A stretch of 29,189 bases of DNA from an uncultured Candidatus Saccharibacteria bacterium (GCA_964603535.1 CAZRVJ010000003.1:1-29189), one strand, 5' to 3'. Counted from the stretch's first letter, positions 7,926 to 15,657 are shown. Made by a program: numbers and translations. Notes: generated by a model from the letters alone, not told the origin.

Positions 7926-8870
7926 ATGAGTAAATTTATTGTAGTTTTTTCTTTAATTGTGTCATTGTTGCCGACAATGGCTGGTTTTGCTTCAGCTCAA
8001 GGGGTTGCAACGCCCACCTCTGAGCCATCTGCTTCTGCTTCTCCGAGCATTAGCCCGATTATCACAGCAAATCCAGTTGGTCCGTTTATTAAAAATATTC
8101 CGGAAGCAGATTTGAAGCAGTCATTATCTATTAAAGAGATTAATGGCTCTAATCTTTGCAGAGAATCTAGCGAATGTTCATTTACTAGCGATGGTTCTTA
8201 TTCTGAAGTGTTGGCTAATTCAGCTAAAATTACCGACATTGGCGCTAATGTAGTTGGTATTTCTATATTCGGATATGATTATTCTGTGAATATTGAAGAG
8301 GCTAAGTTGGTTCGCCAATATTGGGTAGAGTCAGGATTGGACGAATTTTCTGTTGGAGATGTTATTAATGTTTTTGGATATTTAGACCAAACAGATAGTC
8401 ATTTGATCCACGCTAAAACTATCAGAAACATTTCTCTTCAAAAAAGAATTACTCTTTTCAAAGGAATAATCGGTTCGGTTAATAATGTAATGAATACTTT
8501 TGTTTTACAAACATTATCTCATGGTGATCAGACAGTAGCGGTTACTAGTGAGACAAAAATAGTAAAATCAGAGCCGGTTTTTTGCATCCAGGTTGTAGGA
8601 GCTCATTGTCCTGCTACTAGTAGCGTCTTAGCAACTATCAATGATTTATCTGCTGGTGATGCTGTTGTAGTAAGGGGTATTTGGAATGAAGGCTCTAAAA
8701 AGATTACAGCAGAATCCGTTATTACCGGTTTTGATGGCAGACCTTTATTTAATAATATAAATCAATTGCAGAGCCAGATTAAAGAACGCGCTCAAGTTGA
8801 AACTGTTAAAGAGAGCGTGGGGATTTGGCAAAAAATAGGTAATTTCTTTGATAAATTGAGAGGTAAATAA
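7926..8870 (+). CDS. Secreted protein with OB-fold-like (DUF5666-like) repeats
   Basis: Signal-peptide-like N-terminus ending AFASA, Ser/Pro linker, two similar units (FSVGDVINVFG...IHAKTI; LSAGDAVVVRG...ITAESV). Confidence 0.7.
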   Translation: MSKFIVVFSLIVSLLPTMAGFASAQGVATPTSEPSASASPSISPIITANPVGPFIKNIPEADLKQSLSIKEINGSNLCRESSECSFTSDGSYSEVLANSAKITDIGANVVGISIFGYDYSVNIEEAKLVRQYWVESGLDEFSVGDVINVFGYLDQTDSHLIHAKTIRNISLQKRITLFKGIIGSVNNVMNTFVLQTLSHGDQTVAVTSETKIVKSEPVFCIQVVGAHCPATSSVLATINDLSAGDAVVVRGIWNEGSKKITAESVITGFDGRPLFNNINQLQSQIKERAQVETVKESVGIWQKIGNFFDKLRGK

Positions 8871-8906
8871 CAGAATTTATTTGTTTTTTCAATTAGTTCA
8901 AGCCGA

Positions 8907-8945
8907 CCTTCCGTCTTTAATAAAGATGGAAGGCGGATCTTTATT
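8907..8945 (+). terminator. Probable terminator hairpin
   Basis: CCTTCCGTCTTT / AAAGATGGAAGG 12-bp stem (one G-U pair) with an AT-rich tail. Confidence 0.55.
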
Positions 8946-8960
8946 TAATAATTAAAAAAT

Positions 8961-9854
8961 ATGATGGGATTACTTTCATTTATTCAAAATTTTATTATTA
9001 ATTTTAATTTAGCGAACGCCATTGATGTATTAATCGTGGCTTGTTTGGTGTATATTGTCTTATTACTTGTAAAACAAACCAATTCTTCTTTGGTATTGGG
9101 CGGTTTTTTAACTATTATTTTCTTGTATTCTGCAGCAAACTTTTTTGGTTTTAATCTAACCAGTAAAATATTGAGTTTTATTGTTACTTTTTTAGTTATT
9201 ATTTTTATAGTAGTTTTCAGACAAGAACTAAGAAGGTTTTTTGAAATGTTTGCTGTTTTTGGTAAAAATGTTTTTTCTTTTAAACGTAAAAAACCTTTAC
9301 TTCCTAGTTTTATCAATGTTTTAATCCAATCTATTGATTATTTAGTAAATAAAAAGATAGGAGCATTAATTATTATTCCTGGCACACAATCAGTTGATGC
9401 TTATCTTTCTGGTGGGCATTTTTTAGGTGGAGCTATCTCTATGCCTATATTATTAAGTATTTTTGATCCGAGTTCTCCTGGGCACGATGGAGCCGTGATT
9501 ATTGAAAATAATATGATCAAGAGATTTGCTGTTCATTTACCTTTGGCTGAAGGAATCAAAAAACTAGGCGATTTGGGTACTCGTCATCGCGCTGGCTTGG
9601 GTATCTCCGAAAAGACTGATGCTTTGGTTATCATTATTTCAGAAGAAAGAGGCGAGGCTTCTGTGGCTTATGAAGGGAAGCTAAAAAAAGTTCCCAATTC
9701 TTCTTGTTTGCAAAATATTATTGATACTTTTCTTAAAGAAAAATTCCCCGAAAAGAAAGGGGCTTGGTACGGTTTTATCACCAATAATTTTGGCTTAAAG
9801 GCTCTTTCTTTGGTTTTGTCTTTAGTTTTGTGGTTCGTTTTTGTTGCCAAATAG
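8961..9854 (+). CDS. cdaA: Diadenylate cyclase CdaA/DacA (c-di-AMP synthase)
   Basis: Three N-terminal TM helices, VFRQELRRFFE, catalytic HDGA and GTRHRAGLG motifs, SEERG. Confidence 0.95.
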   Translation: MMGLLSFIQNFIINFNLANAIDVLIVACLVYIVLLLVKQTNSSLVLGGFLTIIFLYSAANFFGFNLTSKILSFIVTFLVIIFIVVFRQELRRFFEMFAVFGKNVFSFKRKKPLLPSFINVLIQSIDYLVNKKIGALIIIPGTQSVDAYLSGGHFLGGAISMPILLSIFDPSSPGHDGAVIIENNMIKRFAVHLPLAEGIKKLGDLGTRHRAGLGISEKTDALVIIISEERGEASVAYEGKLKKVPNSSCLQNIIDTFLKEKFPEKKGAWYGFITNNFGLKALSLVLSLVLWFVFVAK

Positions 9855-10002
9855 CATTGTTTTTGTTTTTGTTGTCATTTTTTGTTATAATAAAAATAAG
9901 ATAGTCTAATTAATAAGCAAGATTCTTAATTATCTGTTTTTTTAAGATTATTAAAAAGCAGATCTATATATTTTTTATAATTATTGATCTTGTTTTAAAA
10001 AA

Positions 10003-10752
10003 ATGGCCAAACCTTATTTATCAGTAATTATTCCCGCGTACAACGAAGCGGAACGAATCACTAGTACGCTTTTTGATATAGATAAATTTTTATCACAAGC
10101 TGAATATTCTTATGAAATTATCGTTGTTAACGATGCTTCCAAAGATAATACTGCCGTAGTTGTAGATAAGTTGATGCCGGTCATCAAGAATCTTCATTTA
10201 ATTGATAATGCAGAAAATAAAGGTAAAGGGGGAGTAGTAGCGCAAGGAATGATGAGTGCTAAGGGCAATATTCGTCTTTTTATGGACGCGGATAATTCCA
10301 CTCAAATTGAGGAGTTTGCAAAATTACAACCATTTTTCAAAGAAGGTTATAAAGTTGTAATAGGTTCACGCGCTATTAGTGGCGCTAGTGTAGAATTGTA
10401 TCAACCGCTTTTGAAACGCATTTTGGGTAGAGCCGGTAATTTATTTATCAGGATAATGGCAGTGCCTAATGTAAAGGATACACAATGCGGATTTAAAGCT
10501 TTTACAGAAGACGCGGCTGAAAGAATTTTTTCTCGTTTAACTATTACTCGTTGGGGGTTTGACGTGGAAGTTTTAGCCATCGCCAAGCTTTTGGGTTATA
10601 AAATTAAAGAAGTGGGTATTACTTGGGTTAATGATACACGTTCACACGTTAAAGCCTCAGCTTATCTAAAAGTTCTTTTAGAAGTAATCAAAATTAGATT
10701 TAATCTTTGGAGAAAGGTTTATCATCGTGCGTCAGATGATTATGGAGCATAA
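10003..10752 (+). CDS. Glycosyltransferase family 2 (polyprenyl-phosphate glycosyltransferase-like)
   Basis: LSVIIPAYNE, VVNDASKD, NKGKG, FMDAD, DTQCGFKAF, WGFDVE. Confidence 0.93.
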   Translation: MAKPYLSVIIPAYNEAERITSTLFDIDKFLSQAEYSYEIIVVNDASKDNTAVVVDKLMPVIKNLHLIDNAENKGKGGVVAQGMMSAKGNIRLFMDADNSTQIEEFAKLQPFFKEGYKVVIGSRAISGASVELYQPLLKRILGRAGNLFIRIMAVPNVKDTQCGFKAFTEDAAERIFSRLTITRWGFDVEVLAIAKLLGYKIKEVGITWVNDTRSHVKASAYLKVLLEVIKIRFNLWRKVYHRASDDYGA

Positions 10753-11764
10753 TCAAATTAATCCATCAAAAAATATTTCTGAATTAAGACAAGATCCCGT
10801 TTCTGGTGATTGGATTGTTATTGCTACAAGTAGAAATAAAAGGCCATCGGAAATGGCTTCTAAAAAATTAGATCGTTTGGTAACTCCTATTGATAAATGC
10901 CCTTTTGAAGATTTTGAAGCTTCTGGCAATGGCCCTGTTTTAATGGAGGGCGGTTTACCGGGCTCTAAAGATTGGCTCGTAAGATTTATTGATAATAAAT
11001 TTCCTGCATTAAGCGGGCATATTAAATCCGTAAAGAAAACGGGTATTGGACCTTATGAAAAAATAAATGGCTACGGTCATCACGAAGTAGTTGTTCTCAG
11101 AGATCATGCTAGGCCATTAAGCGATTATTCTATTGAAGAATTGACGGTTTTGTTGCAGTCATTGCAAAAAAGATATCGGGAATTAGCTCAAGATAAAAAA
11201 GTTAAACATATCTCCATTTATCATAATTGGGGGTTTTCAGCTGGCGCTTCTATTTATCATCCGCATTTGCAAATGATTGCTTTGCCGGTAGTTTCTTCAT
11301 CCGCTCAGAGAGTGTTTGACGGCGTGAGGCGATATTGGAAGAAGAATCAGAAATGCCTTTATTGTGAAATAGTTGATTTTGAATTACAGGATAGAAAAAG
11401 AGTTATTTTTGAAAATGAAAAATCAGTGCTCGTTACTCCTTATATCTCTCGTGAGCCATTTGAATTAAGAATTTATCCTAAAGAGCATTCTCCCTTTTTT
11501 GAAGATGCGAATTTTGAAGAAACCAAGTCGGTGGCTGAAAGTTTAAAAAGGGGATTGATGGTTTTAAGAGATAAGGTCTCAGATCCGGATTTAAATTTTT
11601 TCATTCACACAACTCCGGTTTGTGATAAAAATAAATCTCGCGATTTTCATTGGCATATTGAAATTATTCCTAGGGTTTGCATCTCAGCTGGTTTTGAAAT
11701 AGATACGGGGATAGAAATCACACCTATGGATCCTGATGAAGGCGCAGCTTTTCTGAAGTCATAA
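10727..11764 (+). CDS. galT: Galactose-1-phosphate uridylyltransferase (GalT/HIT superfamily)
   Basis: ELRQDPVSGDW.VIA..R.KRP, NKFPAL, G.HEV, GAS.YHPHLQ active-site HPH, HWHIEI.P. Start may be a downstream ATG. Confidence 0.92.
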   Translation: MRQMIMEHNQINPSKNISELRQDPVSGDWIVIATSRNKRPSEMASKKLDRLVTPIDKCPFEDFEASGNGPVLMEGGLPGSKDWLVRFIDNKFPALSGHIKSVKKTGIGPYEKINGYGHHEVVVLRDHARPLSDYSIEELTVLLQSLQKRYRELAQDKKVKHISIYHNWGFSAGASIYHPHLQMIALPVVSSSAQRVFDGVRRYWKKNQKCLYCEIVDFELQDRKRVIFENEKSVLVTPYISREPFELRIYPKEHSPFFEDANFEETKSVAESLKRGLMVLRDKVSDPDLNFFIHTTPVCDKNKSRDFHWHIEIIPRVCISAGFEIDTGIEITPMDPDEGAAFLKS

Positions 11765-11772
11765 AATTAATC

Positions 11773-11805
11773 AATCAAAAAACCGCTTTAAGCGGTTTTT
11801 TGATT
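11773..11805. terminator. Bidirectional terminator between convergent galT and prfA
   Basis: AATCAAAAAACCGC / GCGGTTTTTTGATT perfect 14-bp inverted repeat; the prfA stop codon lies in the loop. Confidence 0.85.
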
Positions 11806-12531
11806 AGCATTTTGTTTGTAATAATCAAATATTTGATCTAAATCTCCTTCCATAATCTTTTCTAGATTGTGCCAATTCTTTTTGTGGCGATGATCGGTGA
11901 GTCTGTCTTGTTGGAAGTTGTAGGTTTTTATTTTTTCGGAGCGATCTCCGGTGCCGATTTGTTGTCTGCGTTCGTCAGATAATTTCCCTTGGCTAGCGTT
12001 CCAATTAGCTTCGTATAGTCTAGCTTGTAATATCTCCATAGCTTTCTCGCGATTCTTGAATTGAGATCGTTCGTTTTGACAGGCAACGATTACGCCACTG
12101 GGCTTGTGTAAGATTCTTACAGCTGTTTCTACTTTATTAACATTTTGTCCGCCGGCTCCGGATGATTTGCAGAAGGTAATTTCTAAGTCTTGCGGGCTAA
12201 TTTGTATATTTACATTTTTGGGTTTAGCTAAAATAGCTACAGAAGCGGTTGAAGTGTGAACTCTCCCTGATTTTTCTGTTTCTGGGACCCTTTGTACACG
12301 ATGCACTCCAGCTTCATTTTTTAAAATGTCAGCTCCTATCCCGGAAATTTCAAAGCTTACTTCTTTGATACCTCCAATAGAAGTGTTGTTGGAATCCAAC
12401 ATGGTCATTTGCCAATTTTTTCTGGCGGCATATTTCTGATACATTCTAAATAATTCAAAAGCAAAAAGAGCCGATTCTTCGCCACCGGCTCCGGCTCTAA
12501 TTTCAACAATAACATTATTGACTTCGTCCAT
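11788..12531 (-). CDS. prfA: Peptide chain release factor 1, lacking N-terminal domain 1
   Basis: [26 protein letters not shown] (PxT-type RF1 motif), GGQ, ERSQFKN, IKTYNF; downstream of rpmE; only 247 aa. Confidence 0.93.
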   Translation of the reverse strand: MDEVNNVIVEIRAGAGGEESALFAFELFRMYQKYAARKNWQMTMLDSNNTSIGGIKEVSFEISGIGADILKNEAGVHRVQRVPETEKSGRVHTSTASVAILAKPKNVNIQISPQDLEITFCKSSGAGGQNVNKVETAVRILHKPSGVIVACQNERSQFKNREKAMEILQARLYEANWNASQGKLSDERRQQIGTGDRSEKIKTYNFQQDRLTDHRHKKNWHNLEKIMEGDLDQIFDYYKQNANQKTA

Positions 12532-12544
12532 AAGATGATGAAAA

Positions 12545-12778
12545 TTAAGCCTTTTTGGCTTTTTTATTCAATTCTTGTTTTTTGGCAACGCGTTGTTTGA
12601 ATTTTTCTACTCTTCCGGCAGTGTCAATCATTTTTTCTTTGCCAGTATAAAAAGGATGGCAATGAGAGCAGATTTCTACTTGAATTTCTTCTTGAGTAGA
12701 TCCTACTTCAAAAGAATTGCCACAAACGCATTTAACCTTCGCTTTTTCGTGATATTTTGGATGTATATCTTTTTTCAT
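12545..12778 (-). CDS. rpmE: 50S ribosomal protein L31 (Zn-binding type)
   Basis: [35 protein letters not shown] 12778 preferred as start. Confidence 0.97.
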   Translation of the reverse strand: MKKDIHPKYHEKAKVKCVCGNSFEVGSTQEEIQVEICSHCHPFYTGKEKMIDTAGRVEKFKQRVAKKQELNKKAKKA

Positions 12779-12785
12779 ATATTTC

Positions 12786-12814
12786 ATCTTAATACAAAGT
12801 TTTGAAAAAAGCAA
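12786..12814 (-). promoter_or_regulatory. Promoter for rpmE-prfA, probably leaderless
   Basis: Minus strand TTGCTT, 17 nt, TAAGAT, 7 nt, ATG 12778. Confidence 0.6.
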
Positions 12815-12835
12815 TATTGTTAAAGAAGGGTCTTA

Positions 12836-12929
12836 CCTCGTACCTTTTGTGAGCTTGGCTTATCTCGTATAAAAAAGTGAGATAAGCCCGGTAAATGTTA
12901 TTCACAAAAGGTGCGGGGCTTGCTTTTTT
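12836..12929 (+). ncRNA. Long rod-like structured element between rpmE and rpsB (candidate sRNA, S2 leader or terminator)
   Basis: 17-bp outer stem with two G-U pairs valid only on the + strand, 10-bp perfect inner stem, asymmetric internal loop, trailing T-run. Confidence 0.5.
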
Positions 12930-12947
12930 CCTATTTTTTTATAGAAT
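12920..12947 (+). promoter_or_regulatory. Promoter for rpsB-tsf
   Basis: TTGCTT, 16 nt, TAGAAT, 7 nt, ATG 12955. Confidence 0.5.
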
Positions 12948-12954
12948 ATTAAAT

Positions 12955-13701
12955 ATGTTAAATATAGACAATAATTCAAATATGAGTGAAGTATCTCAAG
13001 AGAAAAGCCAAATTTTGCACGAAATGATTACAGCTCGTGTTTACTTTGGTCATCGTACTTCTAAGACCAATCCGCGCATGAAGCAGTATATTGCTGGAGC
13101 TAAAAATGGTCTAGAAATCATTGACTTGGAGAAGACTTATGATCAATTAGAAGAAGCCAAAAAAATTATTGGAGATTTAAGTCAAAAAGGAAAAATGTTA
13201 ATGATTGTCGGAACAAATCCTATGATTAGAGATTTGGTTCAAACTACTGCAGAAAAAGCCGGATGTTGGTGCGCTATTAATCATTGGATTGGAGGACTTC
13301 TTACTAATTTCAAAACTGTTTATACTCGTTTGAAATATTTAAGAGAATTAAGAGAAAAAGATTCCAAAGGTGAATTACAAAAATATACCAAAAAAGAAAG
13401 AATTAAATTTCAAAAAGAAATTATTGATTTGTCCGAAATGTTTAAAGGTTTGGATAAATGTGATAGATTGCCCGATGCTTTATTGGTTGTTAATACCAAA
13501 TTGCACGAAACAGCAGTAAAAGAAGCAAAGAAAATAAATATTCCAATCATCGGCATTCTTGATACCGATTCTGATCCCAGGATGATTGATTATCCTATTA
13601 TCGCTAGCGATCATACTCGCTCCAGCGTGGAATATATTTTGAATCAGTTAATCTCGGCGTTTAATGAGAACAAGCAAAAAATTGTCGTTGAGAAAAAATA
13701 A
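12955..13701 (+). CDS. rpsB: 30S ribosomal protein S2
   Basis: ARVYFGH...NPRM..YI, WIGGLLTNF, LPDALLV, AVKEA....IP..GILDTDSDP. Start is ATG 12955 or 12982. Confidence 0.97.
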   Translation: MLNIDNNSNMSEVSQEKSQILHEMITARVYFGHRTSKTNPRMKQYIAGAKNGLEIIDLEKTYDQLEEAKKIIGDLSQKGKMLMIVGTNPMIRDLVQTTAEKAGCWCAINHWIGGLLTNFKTVYTRLKYLRELREKDSKGELQKYTKKERIKFQKEIIDLSEMFKGLDKCDRLPDALLVVNTKLHETAVKEAKKINIPIIGILDTDSDPRMIDYPIIASDHTRSSVEYILNQLISAFNENKQKIVVEKK

Positions 13702-13721
13702 ATTTAATATTTATTAAAAAA

Positions 13722-14303
13722 ATGGACATTAATATAGTTAAACAATTAAGAGAAGAAACTGGCGCTTCAGTGATGGAATGTAATAATGCTTTAGATGAAT
13801 CTAAAGGAGATTTGGAAAAGGCTAAAGAGATTTTAAAGAGAAAAGGGCAGGCAACAGCTTTAAAAAAGAGCTCCAGAGAAACAAAGAGTGGTTTGATTGA
13901 ATCCTATATTCATGCTAGTGGTAAAGTAGGAGTTTTATTGGATTTGCGCTGTGAAACTGATTTTGTGGCAAAAAATGATTTGTTTAAAGAATTGTCTCAC
14001 GAAATTTGTTTGCAAATTGCAGCTATGTCTCCAGAGTTTGTAAGCGAAGATGAAATTTCTGAAGAATTTAAAAACAAAGAAAAAGAAATTTCTAAAGAAG
14101 AAATGAAGGATTCTGGAAAACCGGAAAAAATTGTTGAACAAATCATTGAAGGAAAATTAAAGAAAAGATTTTCTGAGCTTTGTTTGTTGAATCAAGCGTA
14201 TATCAAAGATCCTAATCAAACTATTAGTGATTTGATCAAGGGTTATATTTCTAAGACTGGTGAAAATATTAAGGTCTTAAGATTTTCACGTTTTGAAATT
14301 TAG
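13722..14303 (+). CDS. tsf: Elongation factor Ts (short form)
   Basis: VKQLREETGA.VMEC..AL, GLI.SYIH, LRCETDFVAKN, QIAAMSP, ENIKV.RF.RFE; follows rpsB. Confidence 0.97.
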   Translation: MDINIVKQLREETGASVMECNNALDESKGDLEKAKEILKRKGQATALKKSSRETKSGLIESYIHASGKVGVLLDLRCETDFVAKNDLFKELSHEICLQIAAMSPEFVSEDEISEEFKNKEKEISKEEMKDSGKPEKIVEQIIEGKLKKRFSELCLLNQAYIKDPNQTISDLIKGYISKTGENIKVLRFSRFEI

Positions 14304-14312
14304 TGATATAAT
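14304..14312 (+). promoter_or_regulatory. Extended -10 promoter
   Basis: TGaTATAAT just after the tsf stop codon. Confidence 0.45.
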
Positions 14313-14344
14313 AAATACGCGCAATTTTTTGTGCGCAATAAGAT

Positions 14345-14989
14345 ATGTTTTCTTTAATTCCGCAAATTATATTATTGCTTTGTTTCGGCTTGATTGTTTG
14401 GCTGATTATTAAGAATTTGCCAAAAGTAAAAGACGAAGAAGGGGGAACTGAACATAATGTTGAAGCTGGTTCTTTATTGAATAAAAAAAGAAAATTTATT
14501 CATAAAATTCCTATTGAAAAAATTGATGCCAAGGTTAATAGTTTTTTGGAAAAAGTTCTCAGACGTTCTAGAATAATTTTGATGAGGATAGATACTTATC
14601 TTCAAAAACATTTGGATACTTTAAAAAGCCATTCTAAACCAAAAACTATTTTTAAAGCTGATGATAATTTGATAGCTAAGGAGGAAATAAATATTGATAA
14701 TGTTCAACAACAAGATGAATTTAAAAATCCAGAAGGGGATATTGAATTAATTACTGGGGTTGATAAAAATATTGATGAATCATTGCCAAAACCAGAAAAA
14801 ACAGTTAATCTTAATAATAAAGTTGATGTATTGATAATTGGTAAGGAAGAGGTTGTTAAAAAGTTTGATTTAGATCCGAACGTTGAGGTTGTTGTACAAA
14901 AGAAAAAAACAACGCGACGTCCTAGAAAAACGAAAGTAGCACCTCAGTTACAAAAAGAAAGACCGGAAGAAAAAAGCGAAGAGGTTTAA
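14345..14989 (+). CDS. Hypothetical membrane-anchored protein with a charged low-complexity tail
   Basis: N-terminal TM helix, FLEKVLRRSRIILMRID helix, acidic/basic C-terminal region. Confidence 0.75.
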   Translation: MFSLIPQIILLLCFGLIVWLIIKNLPKVKDEEGGTEHNVEAGSLLNKKRKFIHKIPIEKIDAKVNSFLEKVLRRSRIILMRIDTYLQKHLDTLKSHSKPKTIFKADDNLIAKEEINIDNVQQQDEFKNPEGDIELITGVDKNIDESLPKPEKTVNLNNKVDVLIIGKEEVVKKFDLDPNVEVVVQKKKTTRRPRKTKVAPQLQKERPEEKSEEV

Positions 14990-15036
14990 AAATATTTGTT
15001 GGATGAGGTAGTATTTTTACTTGTCCCACCACCTTT

Positions 15037-15108
15037 GCCATCTTAGCTCAGTGGTAGAGCAACTGTTTTGTAAACAGTAGGTCCCCGGTCCAAATCCGGG
15101 AGATGGCT
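15037..15108 (+). tRNA. trnT: tRNA-Thr(UGU); non-canonical T-loop UCCAAAU; CCA not encoded
   Basis: Acceptor GCCATCT/AGATGGC, anticodon arm ACTGT-TTTGTAA-ACAGT, T-stem CCCGG/CCGGG. Confidence 0.93.
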
Positions 15109-15152
15109 CAGATATAAAGGCGGTGGGATAAATAAAGAATAAATATTGTTGC

Positions 15153-15236
15153 GGGTAGGTGGCGGAGTAGTCAAACGCAACAGACTGTAAATCTGTCGGC
15201 CACTGGCCTACGCAGGTGCAAATCCTGCCCTACCCA
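15153..15236 (+). tRNA. trnY: tRNA-Tyr(GUA); long variable arm; A18 and G55 variants
   Basis: Acceptor GGGTAGG/CCTACCC, anticodon arm ACAGA-CTGTAAA-TCTGT, T-stem GCAGG/CCTGC with loop TGCAAAT. Confidence 0.93.
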
Positions 15237-15245
15237 CCGAAATAT

Positions 15246-15318
15246 GCCAATGTAGCTCAGTTGGTAGAGCAACCCCATGGTAAGGGGTAGGTCACCAGTT
15301 CAAGTCTGGTCATTGGCT
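15246..15318 (+). tRNA. trnT: tRNA-Thr(GGU)
   Basis: Acceptor GCCAATG/CATTGGC, anticodon arm ACCCC-ATGGTAA-GGGGT, T-arm ACCAG-TTCAAGT-CTGGT. Confidence 0.96.
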
Positions 15319-15447
15319 CCGAGTCAGAAAGTGGCACTATTTTAACTATTATGAAGTGACACTCTTCAGTTCTTCCGCCACTTATAATAGAATTAATGAT
15401 GGCGGGACCCCGCCATAGGCGGGGAAGTCTGGTCATTGGCTCAGAGT
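15302..15447 (+). repeat. att-like direct repeat of the tRNA-Thr(GGU) 3' end bracketing a 123-bp unit
   Basis: AAGTCTGGTCATTGGCTC exact at 15302-15319 and 15425-15442, extending to 23 bp with one mismatch. Confidence 0.85.
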
Positions 15448-15498
15448 TAAAAGTAGTCGTTAATGTCAGTTTTGATTTTTAGCTTTTAATTTAAAATT

Positions 15499-15657
15499 AT
15501 GTCTCAAGACAGATTAATTAAATTGCAATGCACAAAATGCAAAGGCATCAATTACTATTCCACTAAAAATAAGAAGACAGTGGAAAAGAAAATTGAATTA
15601 AAAAAACATTGCTCCAAGTGCAAAGCTCATACTAGTCATAAGGAAATGAAGAAGTAG
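15499..15657 (+). CDS. rpmG: 50S ribosomal protein L33 (not in the ORF track)
   Basis: Translated by hand: MSQDRLIKLQCTKCKGINYYSTKNKKTVEKKIELKKHCSKCKAHTSHKEMKK; two CxxC motifs; canonical position before tRNA-Trp. Confidence 0.95.
   Translation: MSQDRLIKLQCTKCKGINYYSTKNKKTVEKKIELKKHCSKCKAHTSHKEMKK

Noticed and set aside
9855-10002. Riboswitch (e.g. c-di-AMP ydaO) between cdaA and GT2
   Set aside because: Only one AT-rich hairpin and possible -10 boxes; no ydaO-like conserved motifs recognised.
11788-12544. prfA as a pseudogene or programmed frameshift
   Set aside because: No upstream remnant of domain 1 in any frame (13-bp gap to rpmE); catalytic motifs are intact.
12836-12929. SRP (4.5S) RNA
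   Set aside because: Similar size and rod shape, but lacks the conserved helix-8 GNRA tetraloop and the CAGG/AGCAG internal-loop motifs.
12895-12954. Extended N-terminus of rpsB from ATG 12895 (likewise TTG 12814 for rpmE, 27837 for tyrS, 16578 for the holin-like gene, 6233 for DUF167)
   Set aside because: The extensions run through promoter or hairpin sequence or upstream genes and precede the conserved family starts.
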